Of a DNA stretch of 64,000 nucleotides, positions 39,935 through 50,762 are shown in pieces. Where the stretch lies: positions 1-64,000 of IMG/VR virus record IMGVR_UViG_3300028585_000019; one strand, written 5' to 3'. Both the position numbers and the translations under genes were made by a program. The DNA is from a virus. The notes beneath the pieces are model-generated. The model was not told the DNA's origin. It saw nothing but the letters and a program-made list of their open reading frames with translations, and did no database searches. Each line of letters opens with the position of its first letter. Position 1 is the first letter of the stretch.

Positions 39935-40348
39935 ATGTCTCAGGCAAGAGTGAGAAACTTGTTTCAAACGGCTTTAAATGCTTATGCAACAACAAAAAAT
40001 ATTAGGGTTGCATTTGATAACGTACAAATGGTACCAAGAGCTAATGAGACTTATCTTGTTAGTCACCTCTTACCATCTTCAACAGCTACACAAACGTTGA
40101 ATGGTGATCATAAGAGATTTCTCGGAGTCTACCAAATAACAATTGTAACTCCATCTGGTAAAGCAACAGCCCAGTCAGATGAGATTGCAAGTGAGCTACA
40201 AGAAATATTTACTATCTTTAAAAGATATACAGATTCCGATGGCTTTACCGTAACAGTGATGACACCTTTAAATGTCCCTGAAGGTAAAGTTCAAAATGGA
40301 GGCTGGATCGTCCCTTGTTATTTTAATTACAGAGCGGACACAAATTAA
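39935..40348 (+). CDS. tail terminator (DUF4128-like)
   Basis: VAFDN, YL...LLP, GVYQI....P.G, YRADT. Confidence 0.75.
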   Translation: MSQARVRNLFQTALNAYATTKNIRVAFDNVQMVPRANETYLVSHLLPSSTATQTLNGDHKRFLGVYQITIVTPSGKATAQSDEIASELQEIFTIFKRYTDSDGFTVTVMTPLNVPEGKVQNGGWIVPCYFNYRADTN

Positions 40349-40378
40349 TATTAATGTTTAACAAGTGAGGAAAATACC

Positions 40379-41038
40379 ATGGCGTTTACGTTGCCAAATG
40401 GCAGTACCATCGATCTGGCTTCCACCTACAGTGCTGAAGTTGTTGTAGAATCTATCTCTAATACAAACCCAGCTGTCGTGACTGCAACTGGTCACGGTTT
40501 TGCTGAAGGCGATATTGTCCAACTCTCGACTTCTTGGGAGCTTTTGAACAACCGCTCGTTCTTGGTTGGTGATGTAACTACTGACACCTTTCAACTTCTT
40601 GGTGCAGGCAATGACACCACCAACACTAGCTTCTATCCTGTTGGGTCTAGTGGCGGCGTAGTCAAAGCTGTTGAGACTTGGACAACCATCAACCAAATCA
40701 CAGCGGTAGAGTTTGGTGGCGGTGAACAGGAAGAACTCACCGTTCAGTTCCTTGCCTCCCGTACTCAGATTAACATTCCAACTGTTAAATCTGCAATCTC
40801 CATGACCCTGACTGTTGCGGACGACCCGACACAGCTCTACGTTCCTGTTGTCCAAGGTTATGATTTTGACCTGAGTATCAACACCTTGCGTATGAACTTG
40901 GTGAATGGTGATAGTATTCTCTATCCAGCAATCGTCACCTTCAGTCCTACTCCTACTGTGACAATCAACGAACTGCTGACCAACACCATCAGCCTTTCTG
41001 TACAAGCTACTCCAACTCGGTACACTCGTCCAGAATAA
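40379..41038 (+). CDS. major tail tube protein
   Basis: LPNGS, ISN.NPAV.TA.GHG, GGEQ....VQFL, IPT.KSA. Confidence 0.85.
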   Translation: MAFTLPNGSTIDLASTYSAEVVVESISNTNPAVVTATGHGFAEGDIVQLSTSWELLNNRSFLVGDVTTDTFQLLGAGNDTTNTSFYPVGSSGGVVKAVETWTTINQITAVEFGGGEQEELTVQFLASRTQINIPTVKSAISMTLTVADDPTQLYVPVVQGYDFDLSINTLRMNLVNGDSILYPAIVTFSPTPTVTINELLTNTISLSVQATPTRYTRPE

Positions 41039-41119
41039 GTAGTTGCTTTACTTCAACCACCTCTGATATCATACTAAAGACCCAGACAATTTCGTCTGGG
41101 ATTTATTTCGGAGGTGGTT

Positions 41120-41778
41120 ATGGTTACTAGAGGTAAAACGCTCTCAAAGCGAAAACTGGTACAGGGGGTAGGTATTAATGATGCTCCCTTTCCTACACAA
41201 AGGATTCCTTACACTGATGAAGAAGGTGTTTACCATGGTAAATGGACTCACCCTATCTATGCCTATTGGCATAATGTCCTGACAAGAACAAACGATCCAA
41301 AGTATCATGCGAAATTTCCAGCTTATGTCAAGGCAGAAATTATTGAAAGTTGGAAGTCTTTTATGGGATTTTATTCTTGGGCAGAAACTCAAGACTATGA
41401 TAGCGGAAAGGTTCTTGATAAGGATATTCTAGGAGACGGTACGCTGTATAGTCCTGAGACTTGCTGTTTTGTAGACGAGAGGGTGAATAATTTCCTAGTA
41501 GGTCAAAATATCAAAGTACATATCTGAAAGGTGTACATTTCGATAAAGAGAGTGGGAAATTTAGAGCTTGCATGGCAATGCTGGGTAAACATAAAAACCT
41601 CGGAAGATATCGTAGTCAATATGAAGGTCATTTGGTTTACTGCAAAGCAAAATTGGCTTATGCGATTGAAATTGTAAACGAGTACAGGGTTGAAGATCGT
41701 ATCGCCACTGCTCTAATCCAAAAGCTTCAAAAGAGGGTTGATGAGGCAGAAATCCTTTATCAGCAAAGTTTAATTTAA
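41120..41778 (+). pseudogene. frameshifted HNH/AP2 homing endonuclease
   Basis: GVGIND, LDKDIL, YSPETCCFV in one frame; YLKGVHFDKESGKFRA..LGRY continues in the -1 frame near CAAAAT (about 41504-41509). Confidence 0.75.
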
Positions 41779-41794
41779 TAGGAGAACAATTAAC

Positions 41795-42190
41795 ATGGCA
41801 AAGAAGTTCAGTATCATCCAAAACGCAACATTCAAACAAACTGTAAAGATTCCTCGTATTGGTGGTGAACCAATTGATGTAGAGTTTGAATATAAATACC
41901 TCACTCGCCCACAGATTTCCAAGCTTCAGGACGAATGGGACGAGTCTAGTCGTAAAATGATTGCCGAATGGAAAGAGAAGGGACTTGAAAATACTCCTCT
42001 GTTTGATATAACAGAAGATGAAATCAAACATAACATCAAGCAGCTACAAGACATTGTTGTAGGATGGAATTTCGACGAACCTCTAGACGAAGAGAATATT
42101 CGTGCTCTGGTAGAAAGTTCAATCGGTGCAACTGATGTGGTTATCAGTGCATACCATCAAGCCTATCAAAAGGCTAAGTTGGGAAACTAA
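41795..42190 (+). CDS. tail assembly chaperone (gpG-like)
   Basis: TF...V.IP, V.GW, C-terminal KLGN with slippery G GGA AAC. Confidence 0.85.
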   Translation: MAKKFSIIQNATFKQTVKIPRIGGEPIDVEFEYKYLTRPQISKLQDEWDESSRKMIAEWKEKGLENTPLFDITEDEIKHNIKQLQDIVVGWNFDEPLDEENIRALVESSIGATDVVISAYHQAYQKAKLGN

Positions 42191-42513
42191 AGAAGGTCAG
42201 CCGTTCCCTATACCAAGAAGAAGCTCCTAATAATATGTTGAGCTTCTTCGGCCTCACTAAAGAAGATATGCCAGATGAAACAATAGAAGTATTTCCTGAT
42301 AACTGGAAAGCATTCTTAACATTTGATGCAATGTCTACTCAGTGGAGATGCGGTGCTATAGGGGCTACTGGCCTAGATTATAATTGTCTTCCCTTAGTTG
42401 CACAATCTGTTGGTGTAAAGAAGAAAGAACTTCCTGATATTCTAGGTGATATTAGGGTGCTTGAATCAGAAGCTTTAAAGGTGATGATTGAGCAGAGAGA
42501 TAAGAAGAAATAG
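42181..42513 (+). CDS. tail assembly chaperone -1 frameshift extension (gpT-like, DUF1799)
   Basis: GGGAAAC at 42181; -1 frame open into MSTQWR.G..G.TGLDY. Confidence 0.85.
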   Translation, partial: GKLKKVSRSLYQEEAPNNMLSFFGLTKEDMPDETIEVFPDNWKAFLTFDAMSTQWRCGAIGATGLDYNCLPLVAQSVGVKKKELPDILGDIRVLESEALKVMIEQRDKKK

Positions 42514-42562
42514 AAGTGGTAGTTTATCTGTCACTATCTTAGCCAAGATTTGAGAGGGAATA

Positions 42563-45500
42563 ATGCCTACAATTGCAGAATTACAGATTAAGGTCAACAC
42601 AACTGACCTAGACAGGGCTAAGAAATCCCTTGATGATCTGGCTAAGTCTACAGCGAATTTAGATAAAGCCTCAGAAGCATCTTCTCGTACACGTACTAAA
42701 GCTAGTGAGCAAGTAAGTGATATTCTCGAAGATGAAGCTGCGATAATTGAACGTGTTGCTGCTGCTGAGAAGCAAAGGGCACAGTCTGCTGCTGCAAGCT
42801 CTGGCACGTTGGCTAGCAGCTACAAACAATCATCTCAAGCTGTAAATCAATTTGAAAGTGCAGTTGATAATGCTGCTGCATCACAAGGTAAGCTTCAAGC
42901 TTCCACTAAGACACGTATTTCTGATGTTGCCTCTGAGAGACAAGCTTATCGTCAGCTTATTGCATCTATTGATCCTACTACAGCAGCTCTTCAGAAATTA
43001 GAAGATCAACAAAGAGAGTTAAATGCTCTCCAAGCTCGTGGTAAAGCTGGTACAGGGATTGGCATTGATCCTGCTGAGTTTACCCGTCTCAACACAATGA
43101 TTGAGGCTAGTCGTAAACGTATTGGTGATCTTGGTGCTACAACTGGTAAGACAGCAAAAGAAATTAACTTTGCATTGCGTGGTCTTCCCGCGCAGTTCAC
43201 TGACATTGCTGTATCTTTGCAAGGTGGACAAGCCCCTCTGACTGTATTCCTTCAACAAGGCGGTCAGATTAAGGATATGTTCGGCGGTGTTGGCCCTGCT
43301 CTGCGTGCTATGGCAGGCTATGCATTTAGTCTCATCAACCCTTTCACTTTAGCTGCTGCTGCACTGGGCGCTCTTGCAGTTGGGTTTGTTGTTGGTAGCC
43401 GGGAAGCATCAGCCTACAACAAGGCTCTTATCACTACAGGAAATATTGCTGGTGTTACAGCAGACAGTTTATCTGAATCTGCCAGAGCTATTTCTGATAT
43501 GGGCGGAACTCAAGGAGCTGCCGCTAAAGCTCTCATTGAAGTAGCCTCTGCTGGCCGATTCACTGCTACACAGATTGACAGTATCGCTGAAGCCGCTGTT
43601 CGGATGAACTCTGTAACGGGTAAAGCAGTTAGTGACACAGTAGGTGAATTTGAAGCTCTGGCTAAAGAGCCAAGTAAAGCAATTCTTGATCTTAATAGTA
43701 AATATCACTTCCTAACATCTTCTGTCTTTGAACAAATTCAAGCATTGGAGAATCAGGGAAGAACACAAGATGCTGCAACCCTAGCTATTGAAACTTACTC
43801 TAACACTCTGCAATCTCGTACAACCGGTATCAAAGAAAATCTTAGTATTATTGAGACAGGTTGGAAAGCTATTAGTGGTGCTGCAAAGCTTGCCCTTGAT
43901 GCTATCGTTGATGTTGGTCGTGAGCAGACGTTCGCAGATCAGCTCGCAGAAGCACAAGAGGCTGTCAGGGTTGCCGAAGGTGCTCGTAACGCTACATATC
44001 GTGGACGCCAAGGGCTTCTCCCTGAGCGTGAAAGAGAAGTAGAGATTGCTAGGCAGTATGTAGAAGAACTTAAAGATCAACAAGAAGGTGAGCGTTTAGT
44101 TGCAGAGCAACAAGCGTTTAAGCAACGAACCCAAGACCGTGCGGTAGCATCTGGTCAAAGGTTGAACTCTCAATATCAGGCAAGTTTGTCTACTACTGAG
44201 AAACTCAGGAAAGAACTTACTGATCTGAGTAAAGAGTATGACAATATTAAGGCAGCAGGATCCGTATCTGCTGAAACTGAGAAGCAATATCAAGATACTG
44301 TAGCTGCAACAACTAAACGTCTCAAGGAAGCTGAAGAGGCTGAGAAGAAACGTGGTGCAGCCCGTACAAAAACCCCCGTTGTCAGAGAAGATTCCGGTGC
44401 TCGCCTTCTTGCAACAATGAAACAACAAGAAGAGTCTTTGATTGCACAACGTGATGCAACAGATAGGATTACTTCCGAAGAACAAAAGCTGATTAAGCTT
44501 CGTGAACAATTTAGACAAATTGAACAGAAACAACTCACTGAAAAGCTCACCAAAGAACAAACAAGTCTTTTGGCTAACAAAGAAGCTTTGCTTGCTCAAC
44601 AGCAAAAGAATGCTGAAGTACAGAAAGAGATTGTTGCTCAGAAAGAACTTGAGAAGCTTGCCACTGTCCGTGCTGCTCTTGACCAACAGATTGCTGTAGA
44701 TCGTCAGAAGTATCAAGATGCTTTGATTGGGGCTACAAGCTCTGATAAAGAAGCAGAGCGACTGAGAGAACGTAATCGTCTTGAACAAGATTACCAGCGT
44801 CAACTTCAAGAGTTTGGTAAGCAAAACCGAGAAGGAAGTCTCTCTGATGGTGGTTACCAAGAAGCTACTGCACAACTTGCTGTAACTCTGGCAGAACGTC
44901 AACGTTTGATGGAAGACTATTACGCCAAGCAAGATCAGATGCAAGGCGACTGGGTAAATGGTGCTAAGAAGGCTTATGAGAATTGGGCTGAAGCAGGTCG
45001 AAATGTTGCTGGTATGACACAGAGCTTGTTTACTTCTGCTTTCAGCAGTATGGAAGACGCTCTCACAGGTTTTGTTACTACTGGTAAACTTAGCTTCAAA
45101 GACCTGACAGTAAGTATTCTTAAAGACCTTGCTGCCATGGCAACTAAGATTGCAGCTAACCAAATCCTTACAAGTATTATCGGCAGTTTTGCTGGTGGCT
45201 TTGGTGGAGCAGCATCTGCCGGAGCTAGTGCAGCCACTTCTGCTACGACAAATACAGGATCTGCATTTGCGGGTTATGCTGCTAAAGGTAAAGCCTTCTC
45301 TGGTGGTGTTGAATACTTCGCTAATGGTGGTGCTTTCACTAATTCCATCGTAAACCGTCCTACAGCCTTCGGTACAGGAACTGGTATTGGTGTAATGGGT
45401 GAAGCTGGCCCTGAAGCTATTCTGCCACTAACTCGTACAAGTGATGGTCAACTAGGTGTTAAAGGTATGGGTGGTGGATCTACTGTTGTTGCTCCTGTAA

Positions 45501-45673
45501 GTGTCACTATTCAAACAGATGGTGGTATGGGGGGACAAGGCAACTCATCTTCTACCAACCAAGAAGGCCAAGGTAAGGCTGTACAGCAAGCTATTAAGTC
45601 TGAATGTGAACGTGCTATCTCCAACGGTCTTAAGCCTGGAGGTCAAATCTGGCGTCAAATGAATGGGCGATAG
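42563..45673 (+). CDS. tail tape measure protein (lambda-like)
   Basis: LPAQFTDI..SL.GGQ.P..V..QQGGQ.KD.FGG; F.TTGKL.F; GEAGPEAI.PL. Confidence 0.95.
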   Translation: MPTIAELQIKVNTTDLDRAKKSLDDLAKSTANLDKASEASSRTRTKASEQVSDILEDEAAIIERVAAAEKQRAQSAAASSGTLASSYKQSSQAVNQFESAVDNAAASQGKLQASTKTRISDVASERQAYRQLIASIDPTTAALQKLEDQQRELNALQARGKAGTGIGIDPAEFTRLNTMIEASRKRIGDLGATTGKTAKEINFALRGLPAQFTDIAVSLQGGQAPLTVFLQQGGQIKDMFGGVGPALRAMAGYAFSLINPFTLAAAALGALAVGFVVGSREASAYNKALITTGNIAGVTADSLSESARAISDMGGTQGAAAKALIEVASAGRFTATQIDSIAEAAVRMNSVTGKAVSDTVGEFEALAKEPSKAILDLNSKYHFLTSSVFEQIQALENQGRTQDAATLAIETYSNTLQSRTTGIKENLSIIETGWKAISGAAKLALDAIVDVGREQTFADQLAEAQEAVRVAEGARNATYRGRQGLLPEREREVEIARQYVEELKDQQEGERLVAEQQAFKQRTQDRAVASGQRLNSQYQASLSTTEKLRKELTDLSKEYDNIKAAGSVSAETEKQYQDTVAATTKRLKEAEEAEKKRGAARTKTPVVREDSGARLLATMKQQEESLIAQRDATDRITSEEQKLIKLREQFRQIEQKQLTEKLTKEQTSLLANKEALLAQQQKNAEVQKEIVAQKELEKLATVRAALDQQIAVDRQKYQDALIGATSSDKEAERLRERNRLEQDYQRQLQEFGKQNREGSLSDGGYQEATAQLAVTLAERQRLMEDYYAKQDQMQGDWVNGAKKAYENWAEAGRNVAGMTQSLFTSAFSSMEDALTGFVTTGKLSFKDLTVSILKDLAAMATKIAANQILTSIIGSFAGGFGGAASAGASAATSATTNTGSAFAGYAAKGKAFSGGVEYFANGGAFTNSIVNRPTAFGTGTGIGVMGEAGPEAILPLTRTSDGQLGVKGMGGGSTVVAPVSVTIQTDGGMGGQGNSSSTNQEGQGKAVQQAIKSECERAISNGLKPGGQIWRQMNGR

Positions 45674-45713
45674 AAATGTCGCCCCCTTAAAAGAATTAAA
45701 TGAGGGATGATAA

Positions 45714-46052
45714 ATGGCTTTACAAGAATTTAAATTCCCTGTTCTAGCCAATGATTCCGGGGAGACCCGGTTTGTTGTAAGGAAAGCACAGTTTGGTGAT
45801 AGTTATGCCCAAGTTAGCGGAGAAGGGCTACAATCTTCTGTAGATTCGTGGGCTGTCTCTTATGCAGGTCTTTGGGAAGATGTTTTAGAGGTTGAGAACT
45901 TCCTTAAAGAACATAAAGGATATATGAGTTTTGCGTGGCGTACACCTAAACGAGAACTTAAACTTTTCCGAGCTGAAACTTGGCAAGTGCTTCCTTACGC
46001 TAGAGACGTATTTCGTCTTACGACAACATTTGAAGAGGCTTTTGCTCCCTAG
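45714..46052 (+). CDS. distal tail protein (lambda gpM-like)
   Basis: AQFGD.Y.Q...G, FL..H.G..SF.W..P, FEE.F.P. Confidence 0.85.
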   Translation: MALQEFKFPVLANDSGETRFVVRKAQFGDSYAQVSGEGLQSSVDSWAVSYAGLWEDVLEVENFLKEHKGYMSFAWRTPKRELKLFRAETWQVLPYARDVFRLTTTFEEAFAP

Positions 46053-46064
46053 AGGAAATAAATT

Positions 46065-47462
46065 ATGGCAATACAAGATATTGATTTAGGAACAATTCCT
46101 CTAGACGGGACAGATGGTGATACAGCTAGGGAAGCGTTCGTTAAGGTGAATGAGAACTTTGATGAGATTGATACTCGTGTAACTGCGCTTGAGAATGAGC
46201 CAGATCCGGGTACTGTTAAAAGTGTAAATGGTGTTTTACCTAATAATCAAGGTAACGTAACGCTTACCCCAGCTAATGTAGGGTCAGCCACAGCAGCTCA
46301 AGGGTTACTGGCTTCTAGCGCCGTTCAACCAAGTTCATTAGGTACCGCTGCATATCTTGATGCAAATGCTTTTGCCACAAACGAGCAAGGACAGGCAGCA
46401 ACTACAGCGTTAGCTCTTGCGCAAAGCGCAGTTCAACCAGAAGATTTGGGATCGGCTGCATATCTAAGTAGCAGCAAGTTTGCATCAGCAGCTCAAGGCT
46501 TACTTGCTGATAGTGCTGTGCAGCCTGAAGACATACCTTCTATTCTCTCTCCATATGAAAGACTTCTTACTGCTGGGGATAACATTGCCATAGATAGGAC
46601 AGATCCCTCCACCCCTATTATAAATTCTATTCCTATTAGAATTTATGAACAACAACCAGAAAATCCACCACTTTATACCTTTTTCATGGTAGTCCCGCCA
46701 CCAGATATTGATAAACCTGTTGTAAGCTCTTTTGTTATAGTTGGTAATACTCCACCACCGCTAGCAATCTCATCTTTCGATGCTACTGATAATGTTGGAG
46801 TAACTGGTTGGTGGCTTGGTGAAACAGCACAAACCCCAGCGCTTAGCGACCCTAAATGGTCAGTCACAAAACCTCCTATCTACAATACAGAGTCTGTAGG
46901 GAGCGTAGTTGTTTATGCCAGGGCTAGAGATGCTGCTGGAAACATCAGCGATGCAGCCAGTCAAACAGTAAATGTTTTGGCCAACCCTTATGTTGATGTT
47001 AGTTGGCCTTATGACTCGGCAAGGGATACTGGTTTATTCAGTGTTGCAGCGGGTAGTTTCACTACCAGGTCTAGCATTCCGTTTGTGAATACTATAACAA
47101 GAACAATAAAAAGTGTCAGCGTTCCTATGAGAAAACAAGTTGAGGCTTCTTATCCGGGTGTTGGTACAGTGCAACTGCAAATACGCTCAGGTAGTAACAC
47201 AGGCACTGTTTTGGCAACAGCAACAACAGCACAATTCACGTCTGCGACGGTTAGTGCAAAATTGTTTACTCTTCCAGCTAACTTAACTTTGCAAGCAGGT
47301 GTTACATATTTCTTCGTATTTAGTTTGATAAATTTATCAGGCGGAGATTCAGTTTATCGACTACTTACTGACCCAACTAAAGGTACAATTTGGTCGAACT
47401 ATAATGAAACTACATGGACTAGCTACGCAGGTCAGAGTCCTTTGAGATTGGAACTAGCATGA
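46065..47462 (+). CDS. tail fibre / accessory virion protein
   Basis: N-terminal IDLG...DG.DGD..R.AF.KVNENF, VKSVNG, repeated ATAAQG.LA.SAVQP..LG.AAY, Ig-like D..P...ATDNVGV...ARDAAGN.S. Confidence 0.7.
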   Translation: MAIQDIDLGTIPLDGTDGDTAREAFVKVNENFDEIDTRVTALENEPDPGTVKSVNGVLPNNQGNVTLTPANVGSATAAQGLLASSAVQPSSLGTAAYLDANAFATNEQGQAATTALALAQSAVQPEDLGSAAYLSSSKFASAAQGLLADSAVQPEDIPSILSPYERLLTAGDNIAIDRTDPSTPIINSIPIRIYEQQPENPPLYTFFMVVPPPDIDKPVVSSFVIVGNTPPPLAISSFDATDNVGVTGWWLGETAQTPALSDPKWSVTKPPIYNTESVGSVVVYARARDAAGNISDAASQTVNVLANPYVDVSWPYDSARDTGLFSVAAGSFTTRSSIPFVNTITRTIKSVSVPMRKQVEASYPGVGTVQLQIRSGSNTGTVLATATTAQFTSATVSAKLFTLPANLTLQAGVTYFFVFSLINLSGGDSVYRLLTDPTKGTIWSNYNETTWTSYAGQSPLRLELA

Positions 47463-48565
47463 TTAATATTCCATATGATGATGAGAGTATATACTATGCA
47501 GGTAGGTGGGATTTATCAAATTCCTCAGCAAGAAGTTACTGGCAGGGCAGCCAAATACGTTTCAGAGTAGAAGGAACAGGTCAGATAATTCTAGACCTAT
47601 CCGTAACTGGAAGTAACTTTGTCGTTGTAAATATAGATTCTGGCCCAGCCGTTTTGTATACATTAAGTACAACTAGTAATCAAAGTTTAGTTATACCTCT
47701 GCCAAATGCATCCATGCACACAATTGTTCTTAAACTGTTCTCTGATCCGGTTACTCAGTTTTCTGGCACCAGCACATGTGCCCTCAGGTCTATACAGTTG
47801 GATAATGAGGGAGCACTATCTCCATGGGGCAATCGGGGGTTGGTTGTGGTACAAGCTGTTGGAGATAGCTGGATGGCTGCACAGAATGATTGGCCCTATT
47901 TACTGAATAACTCAGTATACAATATCCAGCCGATTGCATTTGGCGGCGCAAAAACATCAGACCTTAACTCCCAGTATAATAATTTCTCATCTTCCACGGT
48001 AGCAGTAGCTGATAAGCCAGCAAACCTCGTATTGGTCAGTACCGGGGTAAATGACACTTATGCTAACGTAAGTGTCAGTGATTATCAAACTGCAATGAGT
48101 GCTCTTGTTGATAAGATAAGAATTAGGCAGCCAAACGCCAGGATTGGTATTCTAGGGGCACCCCGGAATATTGCAGCCAACAGACTATACAATCAATACG
48201 ATTCTGCAAATCAGGCGGTAGCTAATTCAAAGACTGGCGTGACCTTTACACCAACACCTAATAGTGTAGCTGACAACCTATCATGGGATACTGATCAGGC
48301 CCACCTCACTTTCACAGGTCGCCAACAATACGCTGCTTGGGTAAAAACCCAAATTGATCCTATTATCGACTTTAGAAGTATCTCAGTAACAACAAGTCAA
48401 GGTTCAACACCCGTGCTGCTAGGCTTAGGCTCCCAGGAGGGTGACCTCAGTGTCAGGCTTAATGGGGGATTATACAGAACAAAGCTGGAACCTGTATACA
48501 CCCCGTACCCAGAACAAAAGGTTTTGGTTAAGTTATTAAATGGAATTTTCCAAATATCCGAATAG
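47459..48565 (+). CDS. SGNH/GDSL esterase with CE2-like N-domain, probably virion-associated
   Basis: YYAGRW..W.GS...F, GDSW, GG, GVND, DQAH. Confidence 0.8.
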   Translation: MINIPYDDESIYYAGRWDLSNSSARSYWQGSQIRFRVEGTGQIILDLSVTGSNFVVVNIDSGPAVLYTLSTTSNQSLVIPLPNASMHTIVLKLFSDPVTQFSGTSTCALRSIQLDNEGALSPWGNRGLVVVQAVGDSWMAAQNDWPYLLNNSVYNIQPIAFGGAKTSDLNSQYNNFSSSTVAVADKPANLVLVSTGVNDTYANVSVSDYQTAMSALVDKIRIRQPNARIGILGAPRNIAANRLYNQYDSANQAVANSKTGVTFTPTPNSVADNLSWDTDQAHLTFTGRQQYAAWVKTQIDPIIDFRSISVTTSQGSTPVLLGLGSQEGDLSVRLNGGLYRTKLEPVYTPYPEQKVLVKLLNGIFQISE

Positions 48566-48582
48566 TTTTATTAGGAGTAACT

Positions 48583-49395
48583 ATGCTTCGTAATGATGTG
48601 CAAAAGTTAGAACCTGGAAGTTTAGTTACTCTTATTGAAGTTGATTGCACTTCTTTCGGAGGGGACATTCTTCGCTTCCATGGGCACAATATAGCATTTA
48701 CTGAACAACAAATTCAAAATATCATGAGGCCTTTGTATGCAGGTTCATTAAGCTGGTACGCAGGAGAGACTGATGTTGTTGTTGGTTCGGGGGTCGTTGG
48801 AGACCGCCAAGGGGTTGGTCTTCCAATTATCTGGCAAGGTAATCAGTACACTGCATACCCCTGTCAAGTAGAAGGTATTGAAGCTGATAGCTCTGGCCAG
48901 CCTACAGAGCCTAGTCTTTCGGTAAGTAATGTGGACGGAACTATCAGCTCCCTTTGTTTGTTCTTTGATGATCTGGTTCAGGCTAAAGTGTCCATCAGAC
49001 AAACTCTGTCTCATTATCTGGATGCTGCTAACTTTGTTGGTGGTAATCCTGATGCTGATGCTACTCAAGAGTTTGTAGAAACATATTATATTGATTCTAA
49101 GATTCAGGAAGATAATGTGACTATTAGCTGGAAGCTTTCAAACCCAGCGGATCTCGGAGGACAAATTATTCCAGCGCGTTTGATTACAGCAAGCTGTGAA
49201 TGGTGCCTGCGGGGTGAGTATAGAGGCCCCGATTGTAACTACCAAGGCCCGATGTATGATGTAAATGACAACCCAACGGATGATCCTTCTGAAGACGTTT
49301 GTGCAGGTGTTCTTAATAGTTGTAAAGTTAGGTTTGGCGAGGATAATGAACTATCCTTCGGGGCGTTTCCTTCTTCGAATCTAATTGGCCGTTAA
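48583..49395 (+). CDS. tail tip protein (lambda gpL-like)
   Basis: I.WQG..Y...P, P.L.V.N, C.W...YRG..C.Y.G, D.C......CK.RFG, FG.FP. Confidence 0.9.
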   Translation: MLRNDVQKLEPGSLVTLIEVDCTSFGGDILRFHGHNIAFTEQQIQNIMRPLYAGSLSWYAGETDVVVGSGVVGDRQGVGLPIIWQGNQYTAYPCQVEGIEADSSGQPTEPSLSVSNVDGTISSLCLFFDDLVQAKVSIRQTLSHYLDAANFVGGNPDADATQEFVETYYIDSKIQEDNVTISWKLSNPADLGGQIIPARLITASCEWCLRGEYRGPDCNYQGPMYDVNDNPTDDPSEDVCAGVLNSCKVRFGEDNELSFGAFPSSNLIGR

Positions 49396-49461
49396 ATATT
49401 GACAACTATATTATTTATATGTTATAGTTATCTTTTGAATATAGTAAGTTAGGAGATAACA

Positions 49462-50187
49462 TTGAACATCTTAAATAAGACTCTGCAAAAGCAAATCTTT
49501 GCTCACGCTGAGAAAGAATACCCAAAAGAATGTTGTGGGTTGATCGTTAAAGCTACAAGTAAAAAGATTTATATCCCTTGTATTAATACAGCAGATACAG
49601 AACATCAAGAAGACGAGTTTGTCATCTCCCCTGAAGCATACGCTGAAGCTGAAGATCAAGGAGAGATTCTTGCTGTTGTGCATAGTCACTGCGATCATAC
49701 GACACAACCATCTGTAAGAGATAGTGCAGTATGCAGTCAGATGGAAATTCCTTGGATTATTGTATCTTATCCTGAGAAAGACTTAAGGGTTATTACACCA
49801 CAGTATTACCCACTTGAGGGTAGACCGTTCTGCCACGGAACACGTCTAGATTGTGTTGGTTTGATTAAAGACTACTACAAAGAAAATCTCAATATTCACA
49901 TTAATCATTATGAGCACTCTAGGTGGTGGTGGGAGCAAGGAGAAGATCTTTACGGGCAATTGCATGAGCAAGAAGGGTTCTTCAAAGTAACAGACGGAAC
50001 TCTCAAAGAACATGACGTGATTGTTATGAAGATTCGTGCTGATATTGAGAATCATGGTGGTATCTATGTAGGTAACAGTATGATGCTTCATCACATGTTT
50101 GGGAAGCTGTCTAAGAAAGAAATTTATGGTGGGTATTGGGCTGAGAAGACAAGTTATATTCTTCGCCATAAGAGTGTAGGAGATTAG
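49462..50187 (+). CDS. tail assembly protein (lambda gpK-like, JAB + NlpC/P60)
   Basis: YPKECCG, HSH....PS..D, DC.GL..DYY, NH.GIY.G..MLHH; internal promoter TTGACA-N17-TATAGT at about 49399. Confidence 0.9.
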   Translation: MNILNKTLQKQIFAHAEKEYPKECCGLIVKATSKKIYIPCINTADTEHQEDEFVISPEAYAEAEDQGEILAVVHSHCDHTTQPSVRDSAVCSQMEIPWIIVSYPEKDLRVITPQYYPLEGRPFCHGTRLDCVGLIKDYYKENLNIHINHYEHSRWWWEQGEDLYGQLHEQEGFFKVTDGTLKEHDVIVMKIRADIENHGGIYVGNSMMLHHMFGKLSKKEIYGGYWAEKTSYILRHKSVGD

Positions 50188-50189
50188 TT

Positions 50190-50762
50190 GTGATTAATAA
50201 TACAATGCGTACTGTTAGGCTCTACAGTAAGATGGGTGCAAAGTTCGGCAGGGTACACAAGCTTGCTGTGAACAGTCCAGCAGAAGCAATTAAAGCTTTG
50301 TGTGTAACTATCCCTGGCTTTGAAAAGTACCTGATGGAGTCTAAGAAAAATAATCTTGAGTTTGCTGTATTCAACGGCAAAGAAAATATCTCTGAAGATC
50401 TTCTTAAGATGGGCGGTACTAGAGATATCCGCATTGCTCCTATTGTCTCTGGTAGTAAACGCAATGGTCTGTTTCAGACAATCCTTGGGGCTGTATTAGT
50501 TGTCGTTGGTGTCGTATTTCCTCCAGCAGCATTCTTGGTAGCTCCCGGTCTTGCTTTGTTGGCTGGTGGTATTATTCAAATGCTTAGCCCACAGGCGAAA
50601 GGGTTGAAGAGTAGGGAAGACCCTGACAACCGCCCATCGGCATCGTTCGGCGGTGCTGTGAATACGGTCGCACAAGGGAATCCCATAGCTATTTTAGGAG
50701 GAGCCCGTCAGATCGGCGGTGCGATCATCTCAGCATCTATTGTAGCAGAAGAATATGCATAA
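50190..50762 (+). CDS. tail assembly protein (lambda gpI-like)
   Basis: EAI.AL....PGF, IRI.P...GSK..G.FQ..LG, F.G.VNT..QGNP. Confidence 0.9.
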   Translation: MINNTMRTVRLYSKMGAKFGRVHKLAVNSPAEAIKALCVTIPGFEKYLMESKKNNLEFAVFNGKENISEDLLKMGGTRDIRIAPIVSGSKRNGLFQTILGAVLVVVGVVFPPAAFLVAPGLALLAGGIIQMLSPQAKGLKSREDPDNRPSASFGGAVNTVAQGNPIAILGGARQIGGAIISASIVAEEYA

